64,000 bases of DNA from an uncultured bacterium (GTDB lineage Bacteria; Vulcanimicrobiota; Xenobia; Xenobiales; Xenobiaceae), in contig CAKUDB010000008.1 in NCBI GenBank assembly GCA_934644775.1, positions 10,459 through 74,458 on the forward strand. The letters run 5' to 3'. The notes under the pieces were generated by a model. The model was not told the origin of the DNA, made no database searches, and worked only from the letters and a program-made list of their open reading frames with translations. The translations under genes and the position numbers were made by a program. Position 1 is the first letter of the stretch. Each line of letters begins with the position of its first letter. Of this stretch, positions 8,830 to 18,004 are shown piece by piece.

Positions 8830-10374
8830 TTATTCGCCGTAGGTTGTAGCCGTAAAGCGATAAAGCTCCGGTTTCTCCTCCGGAAGTATACCACCTTTTT
8901 GGCAAGCAATATTCAATTGCATGTCAATACTGTCTATGCCTTCCAAATTAGGAAGCAATACTCCACTGCGCCCATCTTTACGCACGATAACACCGTAACG
9001 CTTGGGATCTAACTCCTGAGGCCCCTTAATTTTTACAGGTTCTCCCAAGACATATACTTGATATTGCAATTGATGAAGTTCTTCGGCAGAGACGGCAGGA
9101 AAACGGGGATCCCGACTGCAAGCCAAAATGGCATTGCGCACTATCTCTTTAGCTTGAGTAGTTTCTGTAGGCCTTAAACTACCTATACAACCTCTCAACT
9201 GGCCATCTTTCTTCAAAGTAACAAATACAGCGGCCGGATCTTGTAAAGTCGGATATTCGCCTTCTTTTAAAGACAAACACTCACTGTTAAGCACGTAGTT
9301 TTCTACGCTGCGGCGAGCTAATTGCAAACGCGGCTCAAGTGCACTCTTAGTAGTTTTGCCACTTGTCGAATCAGAAAATTCAACCTTATTAGCTCTGGCT
9401 TGCTTTCGAGCCATACAACTTAACGGAGAAGTAACTTTATTAGCAGTAGCAGCGTTTTTCTCGTCGGCAGCTCCCTTTTCGCCCTTTTCATCCACTTCTT
9501 CACTATCTAATTTATCATCTAATTCAGGCTTATCTCGGTTAGAATTTGTACCCTTAGGCAAATAATAGATAACTGAATATCCTACCCCGTAAGGAGCTTC
9601 ATAAGAGAGATGTTTAAGACAAACTTCATCTTTATTGAGACTGCCTAACAACATAGCAATAGAGTAAAGGCCACATTGAGCAGCTTCGTTTACCTCTTCA
9701 CGGCTAAGCTCAAGTAAAGAATTGGCCTCGGCACCCTCTAATATACGATTTATAGTTTCATCAAACTTAGGACCGTAGGGACTAAAACCATAAGGGCCTG
9801 ACTCCAAAAGCCTATGAGAAAGATCTCCAGAAGCTATAATGGCTGTCTTTTTATCGGTATCTTCCTCAGCAGCCTTTCTAATGATCTTTCCTAATTGAAT
9901 ATACAATTCAGTATGGCTGGGACCATAACCGAGTAGAACTATAGGTATATCTAAACCGACCTCTTTTAAGAAGTACAAGGGGATCAAAGTAGCGTGATCG
10001 AGACTGATGTCCAGGCGATGTTGTTTTATTAAATTGTCATTGACCGTTAGGAGAGGATAATTCTCTTCACGACACAGAACCGACAAGCGCTCAGCAAAAG
10101 TGGTATCACAGTCGACACGCAAAGAGACCTCAGGAGAACCGAATCTCTGCATAGAGCCACTTAAAGAGGGAACAGAAAAGAGCGGCACCGCCGCTGAAGC
10201 AGTCGGCGCATGGGGAGACATAATAACTAAACGGTCGGGATTCTGCTCTTTGAGCTTGAGAGCCCATTGCTTGAATGCAGACGATGTATCCACAACTTTA
10301 TCTTTGGCTGAATCGGCAATACCAGGAATTAAAAGCGGAGGATGCGGGCAGAGCCCCCAGAAAACTATAGACAC
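8830..10374 (-). CDS. Fusion protein: LigB/Memo-fold class III dioxygenase-like domain + low-complexity linker + AMMECR1 domain
   Basis: The N-terminus begins ...CPHPPLLIPG. The C-terminus carries the AMMECR1 hallmark RGCIGSLRP. The start is moved to the GTG at 10374, with AGGAG 9 nt upstream, which removes a 74-nt overlap with truB. Confidence 0.8.
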   Translation of the reverse strand: MSIVFWGLCPHPPLLIPGIADSAKDKVVDTSSAFKQWALKLKEQNPDRLVIMSPHAPTASAAVPLFSVPSLSGSMQRFGSPEVSLRVDCDTTFAERLSVLCREENYPLLTVNDNLIKQHRLDISLDHATLIPLYFLKEVGLDIPIVLLGYGPSHTELYIQLGKIIRKAAEEDTDKKTAIIASGDLSHRLLESGPYGFSPYGPKFDETINRILEGAEANSLLELSREEVNEAAQCGLYSIAMLLGSLNKDEVCLKHLSYEAPYGVGYSVIYYLPKGTNSNRDKPELDDKLDSEEVDEKGEKGAADEKNAATANKVTSPLSCMARKQARANKVEFSDSTSGKTTKSALEPRLQLARRSVENYVLNSECLSLKEGEYPTLQDPAAVFVTLKKDGQLRGCIGSLRPTETTQAKEIVRNAILACSRDPRFPAVSAEELHQLQYQVYVLGEPVKIKGPQELDPKRYGVIVRKDGRSGVLLPNLEGIDSIDMQLNIACQKGGILPEEKPELYRFTATTYGE

Positions 10375-10378
10375 TGCA

Positions 10379-11317
10379 CTAAACTCCTTTCGAATACAAA
10401 CGCTCCAAACGCAGAAACTTATTACTGTCAGCGTTGCCTTCGGCCACAACACCGACGCCTATAAATTCGTTATTGTCAAAATTATACACTGCAAAGTTGT
10501 CGCCAATATTAAATGAATTTAGGTTGATAAGTTGGCCTTGTCCGTCGTAAACTTCGGAGAATTCCTGCCCTCCTTGGAAAAGCTGCCCCTTAATCTGGCC
10601 GAACTTGCCTAAAGATATAGGCAACACTTTATCTACAGGCCACAGACAATAACTCAAACCATGAGAGCGCAAATCCTCAATAGTATATGAGTCTTTCAAC
10701 TTAAAAATACCGCTTTGGGTACGCAGTAAGAAAGACAAATGGCCACCGCAACCCAAAGCCTCGCCGAAGTCTCTAGCTAAAGAACGAATATAGGTTCCGG
10801 CACTACATTCTACCTCGAGTAAAATTTTATTTTCTTCAAGGCGACATAATTGAACTTTGTATAAAGTGACTGGACGTGGAGGCAACTCAAAGTTACAACC
10901 GCTGCGCGAAAGCATATAAGCTCGCTGACCGTCGACATGCAAAGCGCTAACTTGAGGCGGTACTTGCAATTGTTCGCCTTCAAAAGAGCGACATAGCTCC
11001 TCTATTTTATCTAACTGCAACTCAGGAACGGCGGCAGTAGCAGTAATTTGTCCGTGGGCGTCTAAAGTATCGGTCTCTATACCAAAAGTAATTTCCGCCC
11101 GATAGGCCTTGCGATTAGGAGGGAAATATTGAATAGTGCGGGTGGCCCAGCCTACAGCTAAAGGCAAAACTCCGCAAGCTCCAGGATCGAGAGTACCTAA
11201 ATGGCCAACTTTTAGGCCGCGAGGCAATAGACTGCGCACAAAAGCCACCACATTATGCGAACTCATCCCTGGAGGTTTGTTAATATTCAAAAAACCGGCA
11301 CTACTACTACTACTCAA
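10379..11317 (-). CDS. truB: tRNA pseudouridine(55) synthase
   Basis: GFLNINKPPGMSSH and GHLGTLDPGACGVLPLAVG (catalytic Asp motif), followed by a C-terminal PUA-like region. Confidence 0.9.
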   Translation of the reverse strand: MSSSSSAGFLNINKPPGMSSHNVVAFVRSLLPRGLKVGHLGTLDPGACGVLPLAVGWATRTIQYFPPNRKAYRAEITFGIETDTLDAHGQITATAAVPELQLDKIEELCRSFEGEQLQVPPQVSALHVDGQRAYMLSRSGCNFELPPRPVTLYKVQLCRLEENKILLEVECSAGTYIRSLARDFGEALGCGGHLSFLLRTQSGIFKLKDSYTIEDLRSHGLSYCLWPVDKVLPISLGKFGQIKGQLFQGGQEFSEVYDGQGQLINLNSFNIGDNFAVYNFDNNEFIGVGVVAEGNADSNKFLRLERLYSKGV

Positions 11318-11345
11318 GAGCCAATATCCTAACTATCTCTATTAC

Positions 11346-11388
11346 CGAAAAATTGGCTGCAGCCTAACCAACTCCAACTGCAGCCAAT
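11346..11388 (-). terminator. Rho-independent terminator of the gene at 11427-12053
   Basis: Perfect 11-bp stem, ATTGGCTGCAG (11352-11362) with CTGCAGCCAAT (11378-11388), followed by a U-run on the minus strand. Confidence 0.7.
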
Positions 11389-11426
11389 CTCAAAAAAATA
11401 GTATATGCAAACTTAATATAGCCCAA

Positions 11427-12053
11427 CTAGCCTACAGCACTGCTCTTATTATCTTCATCGGCTTTACCGGGCAAAGTAAGATAAATTCTGTCAATCTTGC
11501 CTGGATTATCCTTATCCCAGATAATATAAACACCACGATAGTAATAAATATACATATTACTAACTTCACGCTCAGGCTTTTTCCATTTATCTAAAACATC
11601 AGCAGTTTTTTGACCGATCCTAAAAGGAACGCCAACTAATTCCACATTGTTGCCAAAGACCATAATGCTTTGAACAGCATTGGCTTTATTTATGTTGATA
11701 GTAAAACGATTGCGATAGATAAAATGGATATAATCGTCGTCGGGAGCTTTACTTTTAGCCCGCATAGGCAAAATTTCGTCAGGTGGGCCCGCTACACTAA
11801 AAACGATTTGTAAATCGTCGCCAGGCTGAATTTTGCCCCCCATCTTTATAGCAGAAACAGGATAAGAAGCAGACGTCCCTTTAAGGTTATTTACCTTAGT
11901 TGCAGAAGGGGCACTCTTTTGAGGAGCCGCCTTAGCCAACACAACAGCCCTATTTAAGCAATTTACGGAACTGTCAGGCTCAGCGTTGCCGGGAAGGGAA
12001 CTTCCTAAGCCAAGGGCAGCCGCCAAGACTAACGACAAATAGTTAATCTTCAC
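11427..12053 (-). CDS. Secreted hypothetical protein
   Basis: Signal-peptide-like N-terminus MKINYLSLVLAAALGLGSSLPGNA. No recognisable domain. Confidence 0.6.
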   Translation of the reverse strand: MKINYLSLVLAAALGLGSSLPGNAEPDSSVNCLNRAVVLAKAAPQKSAPSATKVNNLKGTSASYPVSAIKMGGKIQPGDDLQIVFSVAGPPDEILPMRAKSKAPDDDYIHFIYRNRFTININKANAVQSIMVFGNNVELVGVPFRIGQKTADVLDKWKKPEREVSNMYIYYYRGVYIIWDKDNPGKIDRIYLTLPGKADEDNKSSAVG

Positions 12054-12249
12054 AATTTCCTCCTATTTTGGGCAAAAGCCATCACCCGCAGCCCCAAAAT
12101 ATGCGCCGCCTTTTAACAAAGCTGATATAGCCCACCTAGCCAGCAAGCGACACTATATCTTTGGAGACTGAGGCGGCCAATTCAGCGAAAGTTCTTCTAT
12201 ACCTTCCTATTTTTAGCCTCTAAACAGGCACTAAAACAATTAGCCGACA

Positions 12250-13341
12250 CTATTTCTTAGTTTTGATAGGAATAGTCAAGCGTTTGGTAGCTGGGGCTTG
12301 GGACTGGCTTAAAGGAGCAACTGTTTTGCCAACGCTCTGTTGAGTAGCGACAAATTGGTTGGCCGCTGAGGAAACGGCAGGATATTCCGAGCTGGAATAA
12401 GAGGTGGAAGGAGTCGAAGTTGAAAGATCGTCGCTCGTTCTAGTGATACCGCCACCAAGTCGATAATCTTCAGGAGAAGGCTCGCTATAATCGTCGCCCA
12501 TCCACTGCTTCAGTTTTTCTCTATCCTCGGGAGAAAGCTCCTCGTCTTCTTCGGAATCGTTGCCCACAAAGACGCTCACCGCTCCCTCTTCCGGGAAACC
12601 TTGAATTTCGTTAATGCCAACGTTACCCCCTAAATTTCCCCCTTCGTTGGCAACTTCATATTTATGAGTAGGAACAAATAAATTAGCTAAATCTCCCTGA
12701 TCGACATTGTCTACGGGTACAGAGACAATGGAAGGAGCATTGCTGACGTGGCGCGTTTGAGCCAGTTTGGCTGCGGGAGCAGAAGGCAAAGATAAAGCGG
12801 GGGTACTCTGAGTAACGGGACGCTGAGCGCCACTTCCCTTATTACTAGCTGCCGAAGCTGTCGCCGAAGCAGAAATGGCAACATTACCTTCAGTAGAAGC
12901 CGAACTAAGGAAATGTTGGCCAGCTTCTAAAGCCAAGCGGTAGCCATATACTCCCAGGCCGGAGATAGTGCCTACACAAACGGGAGAGATAATAGACTTG
13001 GCTCGCCACTCTTCTCGGGCATAGATATTGCTTAAATGGACTTCAATAACCGGAAGGCCAACACTGACAATGGCATCTCGCAAAGCGTATGAAGTATGGG
13101 TAAAAGCTCCCGGATTGAGCACTATGAAATCGAACTGGCCGTATGAAGCATGGACATAATCTATGATACCGCCCTCGGAGTTGGTTTGAGCATAGCCAAG
13201 TTCCATATCTAATTCTGATGTCCAAAAAGAGATCTGCTCTATAAGCTGATCATAGGACATATTCCCATAAATGCCCGGCTCTCTGGTGCCCAATAAATTC
13301 ATATTAGGGCCGTTCAATACAAATACACGCAACTTCGCCAC
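12250..13341 (-). CDS. aroQ: Type II 3-dehydroquinate dehydratase with a ~215-aa low-complexity C-terminal tail
   Basis: The first ~148 aa match AroQ (LNGPNMNLLGTREPGIYG, NPGAFTHTSYALRDA, EVHLSNI). The remainder is S/A/P/E-rich. Confidence 0.9.
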   Translation of the reverse strand: MAKLRVFVLNGPNMNLLGTREPGIYGNMSYDQLIEQISFWTSELDMELGYAQTNSEGGIIDYVHASYGQFDFIVLNPGAFTHTSYALRDAIVSVGLPVIEVHLSNIYAREEWRAKSIISPVCVGTISGLGVYGYRLALEAGQHFLSSASTEGNVAISASATASAASNKGSGAQRPVTQSTPALSLPSAPAAKLAQTRHVSNAPSIVSVPVDNVDQGDLANLFVPTHKYEVANEGGNLGGNVGINEIQGFPEEGAVSVFVGNDSEEDEELSPEDREKLKQWMGDDYSEPSPEDYRLGGGITRTSDDLSTSTPSTSYSSSEYPAVSSAANQFVATQQSVGKTVAPLSQSQAPATKRLTIPIKTKK

Positions 13342-13360
13342 AGTTAATTTCCTCTCAACC

Positions 13361-14497
13361 TCACAAGCTAGGCCTAGACAAGCTGTCGAAAACTCTCTTT
13401 ATATGGGATAGATCCACCTCTGCACTCTGAATAACTTTACCTCCAGATAAAGGCAAGACGAAGACATTGCGCCCCTTCTGACGTTTTTTATCAGAGCCTA
13501 AATTCTTTGCAAATTCTTCCCACTCCAGTCCCTGAGGAATAGCCGTCGGTAGTCCCCAAAAACAGATTAGCTTTTTCATTCTCGTTATAATCGGTTCCTC
13601 TAAAATTCCTAAACTGTCCGCTAGAAGAAGAGCCCCCATAATTCCTATAGCTACAGCCTCTCCGTGAGCCAACTTATAGCCAGAAGAGACTTCTAAACTG
13701 TGAGCAAAAGTGTGGCCAAGATTTAACTTATATCTTTCTTTTCCAAGATCAAATTTGTCAGATGATATAAGTGAAATTTTCGTTTTAACAGACGACTCTA
13801 TAAGATTATAAAGGAAGTTTTTATCTTTATAAATTGTGATAATTTTTTGACTTAAACTAAAATCATTATTGTGATTATTTCTATAATCGAAGTATCGCTC
13901 ACAAAAAAGCTCAATATTTTTTAATAAAGAGTCAGTATTTAATAGAGCGGTCTTGATTATTTCTGCAAATCCGTTAGCCCATTCTCTTTCAGGCAACGTT
14001 GGCAAAAATTTTATATCAGCTACGATCAGCTTAGGATTATAGAATGTACCTATTAAATTTTTCCCTTCTGGAAGGTCGAATCCGTTTTTACCTCCCAGGG
14101 ATGAATCTACCATAGCTAAAAGGGAAGTCGGCACTTGAATGAGAGGCAATCCCCTCATAAAGGTTGCAGATGCAAAGCCGGCCAAATCTCCAGTAACTCC
14201 GCCCCCTATAGCTATGACGGGAACGCTTCTATCAACTTTGGCCTCTAACATAGCTTGGTAAATTTTTTGTATCTCACTTAGATTTTTATGCTTTTCTCCT
14301 CCGCAAAACTTGTAAAAAACGGCCTGGGAATCGGAAAAAGCCTCTCGTAGATATTCTTCCTGTTTAAGCCAAACTTGTTGATCGACTACAACTAGAGCCC
14401 GACCTTGGCTAGTTGGCCAAATAGGGGCCAAAGTTGATCTTAAATTATCTTCTCCCAAATGATAATTTACTTCAGTATTGATAATTTTATCTAACAT
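13361..14497 (-). CDS. aroB: 3-dehydroquinate synthase
   Basis: GGGVTGDLAGFASATFMRG, DSSLGGKNG and HTFAHSLE motifs. Adjacent to aroQ. Confidence 0.9.
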   Translation of the reverse strand: MLDKIINTEVNYHLGEDNLRSTLAPIWPTSQGRALVVVDQQVWLKQEEYLREAFSDSQAVFYKFCGGEKHKNLSEIQKIYQAMLEAKVDRSVPVIAIGGGVTGDLAGFASATFMRGLPLIQVPTSLLAMVDSSLGGKNGFDLPEGKNLIGTFYNPKLIVADIKFLPTLPEREWANGFAEIIKTALLNTDSLLKNIELFCERYFDYRNNHNNDFSLSQKIITIYKDKNFLYNLIESSVKTKISLISSDKFDLGKERYKLNLGHTFAHSLEVSSGYKLAHGEAVAIGIMGALLLADSLGILEEPIITRMKKLICFWGLPTAIPQGLEWEEFAKNLGSDKKRQKGRNVFVLPLSGGKVIQSAEVDLSHIKRVFDSLSRPSL

Positions 14498-14684
14498 AGG
14501 TAGAAAAAGATGGGCCTCGGCAATAATTTATCGATTCCAATTTTAGGTGGTGCCTTCTTAAGGTGTGGCTAAAAATGTCACCGAGCAAAATTAGAGTCTA
14601 ATACTCTAGCTATTTCTGCTTCGCCGAGGTGGCGGCCTCTTTCAGCAGGGAGCTTCAACTACAAAGGAGAAAAACGGCTGCGGT

Positions 14685-15245
14685 ATGGCTAAGCATAATA
14701 TTTATCTCGTAGGCTTCATGGGAACCGGCAAAAGCACTATAGGGCGTGAATTAGCTAGAGTTATGGGGCGAAAATTTATAGATATAGATCAAGAGCTAGA
14801 AAAACGTCACGGTGGCAGCGTATCAAGCCTTTTCAAAGAGCATGGCGAGCAATGGTTCAGAGAGCGAGAAGAAGAACTTTGTGCCGAATTAGCCCAATCG
14901 AGCAATCGGGTAGTAGCTACTGGTGGTGGATCTTTGATAAATCCGGCCAATTTTGAGGCTTTTCAAAAATCAGGCTTACTCGTTTGCTTATATACCCAAA
15001 GAGATTGTCTAGTAGAGCGTTTAGAGCGCAACGAAAAGCGCCCCTTGTTACAAAATGTAGATGATGTCGGTGAGCGAGTAGATCAACTGTTTCAAGAGAG
15101 GCGATATTTATACGAGCGGATCAAAATACGTATAGATACCACCAATTATACCCCTTTGGAAACAGCTAAGCGTATAGCCGAGCTCCTTAGGACACGTCAG
15201 CGGATCTTAAATAAACTGCGCGATCAATATATCGATTTAAGCTAA
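14685..15245 (+). CDS. aroK: Shikimate kinase
   Basis: P-loop GFMGTGKST, then the ATGGG lid region. Size is typical. Confidence 0.9.
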   Translation: MAKHNIYLVGFMGTGKSTIGRELARVMGRKFIDIDQELEKRHGGSVSSLFKEHGEQWFREREEELCAELAQSSNRVVATGGGSLINPANFEAFQKSGLLVCLYTQRDCLVERLERNEKRPLLQNVDDVGERVDQLFQERRYLYERIKIRIDTTNYTPLETAKRIAELLRTRQRILNKLRDQYIDLS

Positions 15246-15271
15246 TGGACTTAGAACAACCTTACTTAATT

Positions 15272-16390
15272 TTAAAGATATAATCCAGTAAAGCTGTTAA
15301 ACGCCTCTTCTTCCTCGGCTTTTGAAGGACGAAGAGCAAAAAAATCGGCCCTAGATCGATAAGCTTGACCAATAAGCATACCTAAGCCATTCATAGTTTT
15401 AGCTCCGCTCTCTTTAGCCAAACGCAAAAATTCTGTTTGAGCTGGATTGTAAATTAGATCACAAGCTGAAGGCACCACTTGAGCTTGGGCTTTAGTGCTC
15501 TGGTTATAAAAGCTAGTATCATTTTGAATCGAATAGAAAGAAGACTTAGGCCAATTATAAGGGGTTAAATTGGGAAACGCAGAACTGCCAAGCACAGTAG
15601 CTTGAATATATACATAGCCAGGCTTAACAACTTCTGAGTATACTGGAAAGCTTTGCACAGGAATAAAAACTTGGCCAGAATCTTCCCGCCGCTGCCAACT
15701 ATTAAAATCGGCAGCCAGTTTTTCTCCACGCTGTGGAGAATTAACGATTGTGATACTTTTAACTTTTGCTCTAATTAAGGCGTAAACAATAGCTCGAGCG
15801 GCTCCCCCAGCACCAAAAACTACTACATGGCGTCCTGCCAAGTCTTCTCTTATGTAGTGACGCCAAGAAGCCAACCAACCCCACCAGTCGGTATTGTCCC
15901 CATAGATTTGGCCCCCTGAAGTGTAAATTGTATTTACAGCTCCGATAAGGCGAGCTTCTCGACTTAAATTTCCCTGTTTCAGTAAATAACGGAAGGCCCA
16001 TTCCTTAAATGGGCTGGTGACATTAGCTCCCAACAAAGGAAGGGCCAACCAATTATTTAAGATTTGCCTAAATAGACCCTCGCTCTCTACTTGCGTAGGC
16101 AAATACAAACCAAATCGGCTGGGCCTACCTAAATTAAAAAAGTTATGTAAAGCTGGCGACAAGCTGTGACTAATGGGGCAACCAAACAAAACAGCCAACG
16201 GGCCGCTAAAATCTTCCCCCAATTCCCCAAACCTTTGCCTAGTTAAAGTAACTGAAAGAGGGCACTTATTTTGCCTCACAAAAGCTTGCCAAGCTGATGC
16301 TAAGCCCAGTTGGGACAACTCGGGAGAGTTCTTTTCTAAGCCTTCCAGCCAAGCTAGTAAGTTAGTTTTATTGGCCTGGACAATCGACAT
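15272..16390 (-). CDS. aroE: Shikimate dehydrogenase, with an N-terminal extension and internal insertions
   Basis: GCPISHSLSPALHN, NVTSPFK, NTDWWG and GAGGAARA motifs. At 372 aa it is longer than typical AroE. Confidence 0.85.
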   Translation of the reverse strand: MSIVQANKTNLLAWLEGLEKNSPELSQLGLASAWQAFVRQNKCPLSVTLTRQRFGELGEDFSGPLAVLFGCPISHSLSPALHNFFNLGRPSRFGLYLPTQVESEGLFRQILNNWLALPLLGANVTSPFKEWAFRYLLKQGNLSREARLIGAVNTIYTSGGQIYGDNTDWWGWLASWRHYIREDLAGRHVVVFGAGGAARAIVYALIRAKVKSITIVNSPQRGEKLAADFNSWQRREDSGQVFIPVQSFPVYSEVVKPGYVYIQATVLGSSAFPNLTPYNWPKSSFYSIQNDTSFYNQSTKAQAQVVPSACDLIYNPAQTEFLRLAKESGAKTMNGLGMLIGQAYRSRADFFALRPSKAEEEEAFNSFTGLYL

Positions 16391-16393
16391 TTG

Positions 16394-17833
16394 CTAAGCA
16401 AGCTCTGGAGGAGTCATCTTAAAAGCAGAAACGGATCGCAAAATATTCCAAAAACTGGGAAAAGATACGGCACAACACTGAGCTCCCACTATTTTAATGG
16501 GCCGTTTATAAATACAAGCTGCTATACCCAAACTCATAGCCAAGCGGTGATCACTGTGAGCATCTAAAACGATAGGCTCGCTACTTTCAATTTCTTTACC
16601 GGCAGATACTTGATCCCTATTTTCCTTAGATTGCAAACCGATAATATCGAATCCATCTTCGTATTCTTTTGACTTGACTCCAAGTTTTTTTAGCTCATGC
16701 AAAGTCATACTTATACGATCTGATTCCTTCTGACGCAACTGATAAGCGCCTCGCACTCTGGTAATACCATAAGCTTTAGAAGCGATTACTGCCAAAAGTG
16801 GAATTTCGTCTATACATAAGGGAATATCTTTAGGGCGAACGTCGACCCCTTTAAGATGGGAATAATCGACGGTTATACCTCCGACCATTTCGCCATAATT
16901 ATAATTAGAAAATCTTGCACAAATCTTCGCACCCATGCGCCTTAGAACATTAAAAAAGCCTATTCTGGTAGGATTTATAACCAAATGATCAATCACAATA
17001 TGTGAATGAGGTTTCATCACAGCTAAAGCAATTAAAAAGGCCGCCGAAGAGGGGTCGCCATAAACATTATATTGGAACCCTTTTATCCTATTACCATTGG
17101 CAGTAAAGACGATCTTGTGCTGGCCGTCAGGTAGATTTTGCTCTTTAACTTTAAAGCCCAACTTTCTCAGCATAATTTCACTATGGTCGCGACTCTTTAA
17201 GGGTTCAGTTAAAGTCAGCTTCAAGTTTCCCATAGATAGAGCCGCCAATAGAGCAGCCGTCTTTAGCTGAGCGCTGGCACTTTTCGTTTCAATCTCTATA
17301 CAATTGTCTTTTATAGTGCTGTGTTCTTGAGCCCAATCTTGGTTATCAGGATGGAGAGAGCCAGTTATACGTAAAGGAGCACAATGATTTTCTCCCAAAC
17401 ATTCGACTTTAGCGCCGAATTTTTCCAGTACGGCAGCCAACCTATCCATAGGACGCTGGCTTAAACTTTTGTCTCCTACTAAAACATAAACTCCGGAAGA
17501 TACTGCCAAAAGTCCGGCAATAAAACGCATACAAGCCCCAGAATTTCCACAATCTAAAGGAACTTCACTTAAAGCTGGCCCCTTAGCCCCCCAGCCTGTT
17601 ACCGTCGCGATCCTATTATCCTTTATCTCAATAGAAGCCCCTAACTGACGCAAAACATTGACCACGGAAAGGCAGTCGGCAGCATTGGAGATTCCGTTTA
17701 TGACAGATTCGCCTTCGGCCATAGCAGCAAAAATTAGCGCCCTCTGTCCAATTGACTTGTCACCGGGGACAAAAAAGCGCCCCCTAAACGGCTTCTTTGA
17801 CTGGTTATCAATCAACAATAAATCAGCAGACAT
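16394..17833 (-). CDS. aroA: 3-phosphoshikimate 1-carboxyvinyltransferase (EPSP synthase)
   Basis: VPGDKSIGQRAL, LDCGNSGACMRF, LSQRPMDRL and SDHRLAMS motifs. Confidence 0.9.
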   Translation of the reverse strand: MSADLLLIDNQSKKPFRGRFFVPGDKSIGQRALIFAAMAEGESVINGISNAADCLSVVNVLRQLGASIEIKDNRIATVTGWGAKGPALSEVPLDCGNSGACMRFIAGLLAVSSGVYVLVGDKSLSQRPMDRLAAVLEKFGAKVECLGENHCAPLRITGSLHPDNQDWAQEHSTIKDNCIEIETKSASAQLKTAALLAALSMGNLKLTLTEPLKSRDHSEIMLRKLGFKVKEQNLPDGQHKIVFTANGNRIKGFQYNVYGDPSSAAFLIALAVMKPHSHIVIDHLVINPTRIGFFNVLRRMGAKICARFSNYNYGEMVGGITVDYSHLKGVDVRPKDIPLCIDEIPLLAVIASKAYGITRVRGAYQLRQKESDRISMTLHELKKLGVKSKEYEDGFDIIGLQSKENRDQVSAGKEIESSEPIVLDAHSDHRLAMSLGIAACIYKRPIKIVGAQCCAVSFPSFWNILRSVSAFKMTPPELA

Positions 17834-17954
17834 ACCATTTCCCCTATTTTCTAGTTCTGAATGCTAGATATACTAGCCCCGGACAGCGGCCTTAGCAGCC
17901 TAGAGCCGGAGTGAAATCCTTTACTTTTTTTCTAAAATAAGTTCTTATGGGGCA

Positions 17955-18000
17955 GAAAATGATTAAGGCGGAGTTTCTAACCAAAAACTCCACCTTAATC
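17955..18000 (-). terminator. Rho-independent terminator of dapA
   Basis: 16-bp stem (17961-17976 with 17985-18000, one G-U on the minus strand) starting 4 nt after the dapA stop. AUUUUCU follows on the minus strand. Confidence 0.75.
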
Positions 18001-18004
18001 ATAG

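Noticed and set aside
10375-10452. Apparent 74-nt overlap of the AMMECR1-fusion gene with truB. There are similar N-terminal over-extensions at 5845-5919, 21289-21330, 31651-31686, 35490-35519, 39715-39762, 51786-51860, 52803-52853 and 57051-57104.
   Set aside because: These are artefacts of choosing the longest ORF. In each case a downstream ATG, GTG or TTG has a GGAGG-type RBS and restores the conserved N-terminus. At 31686 the extension would run through a terminator stem.
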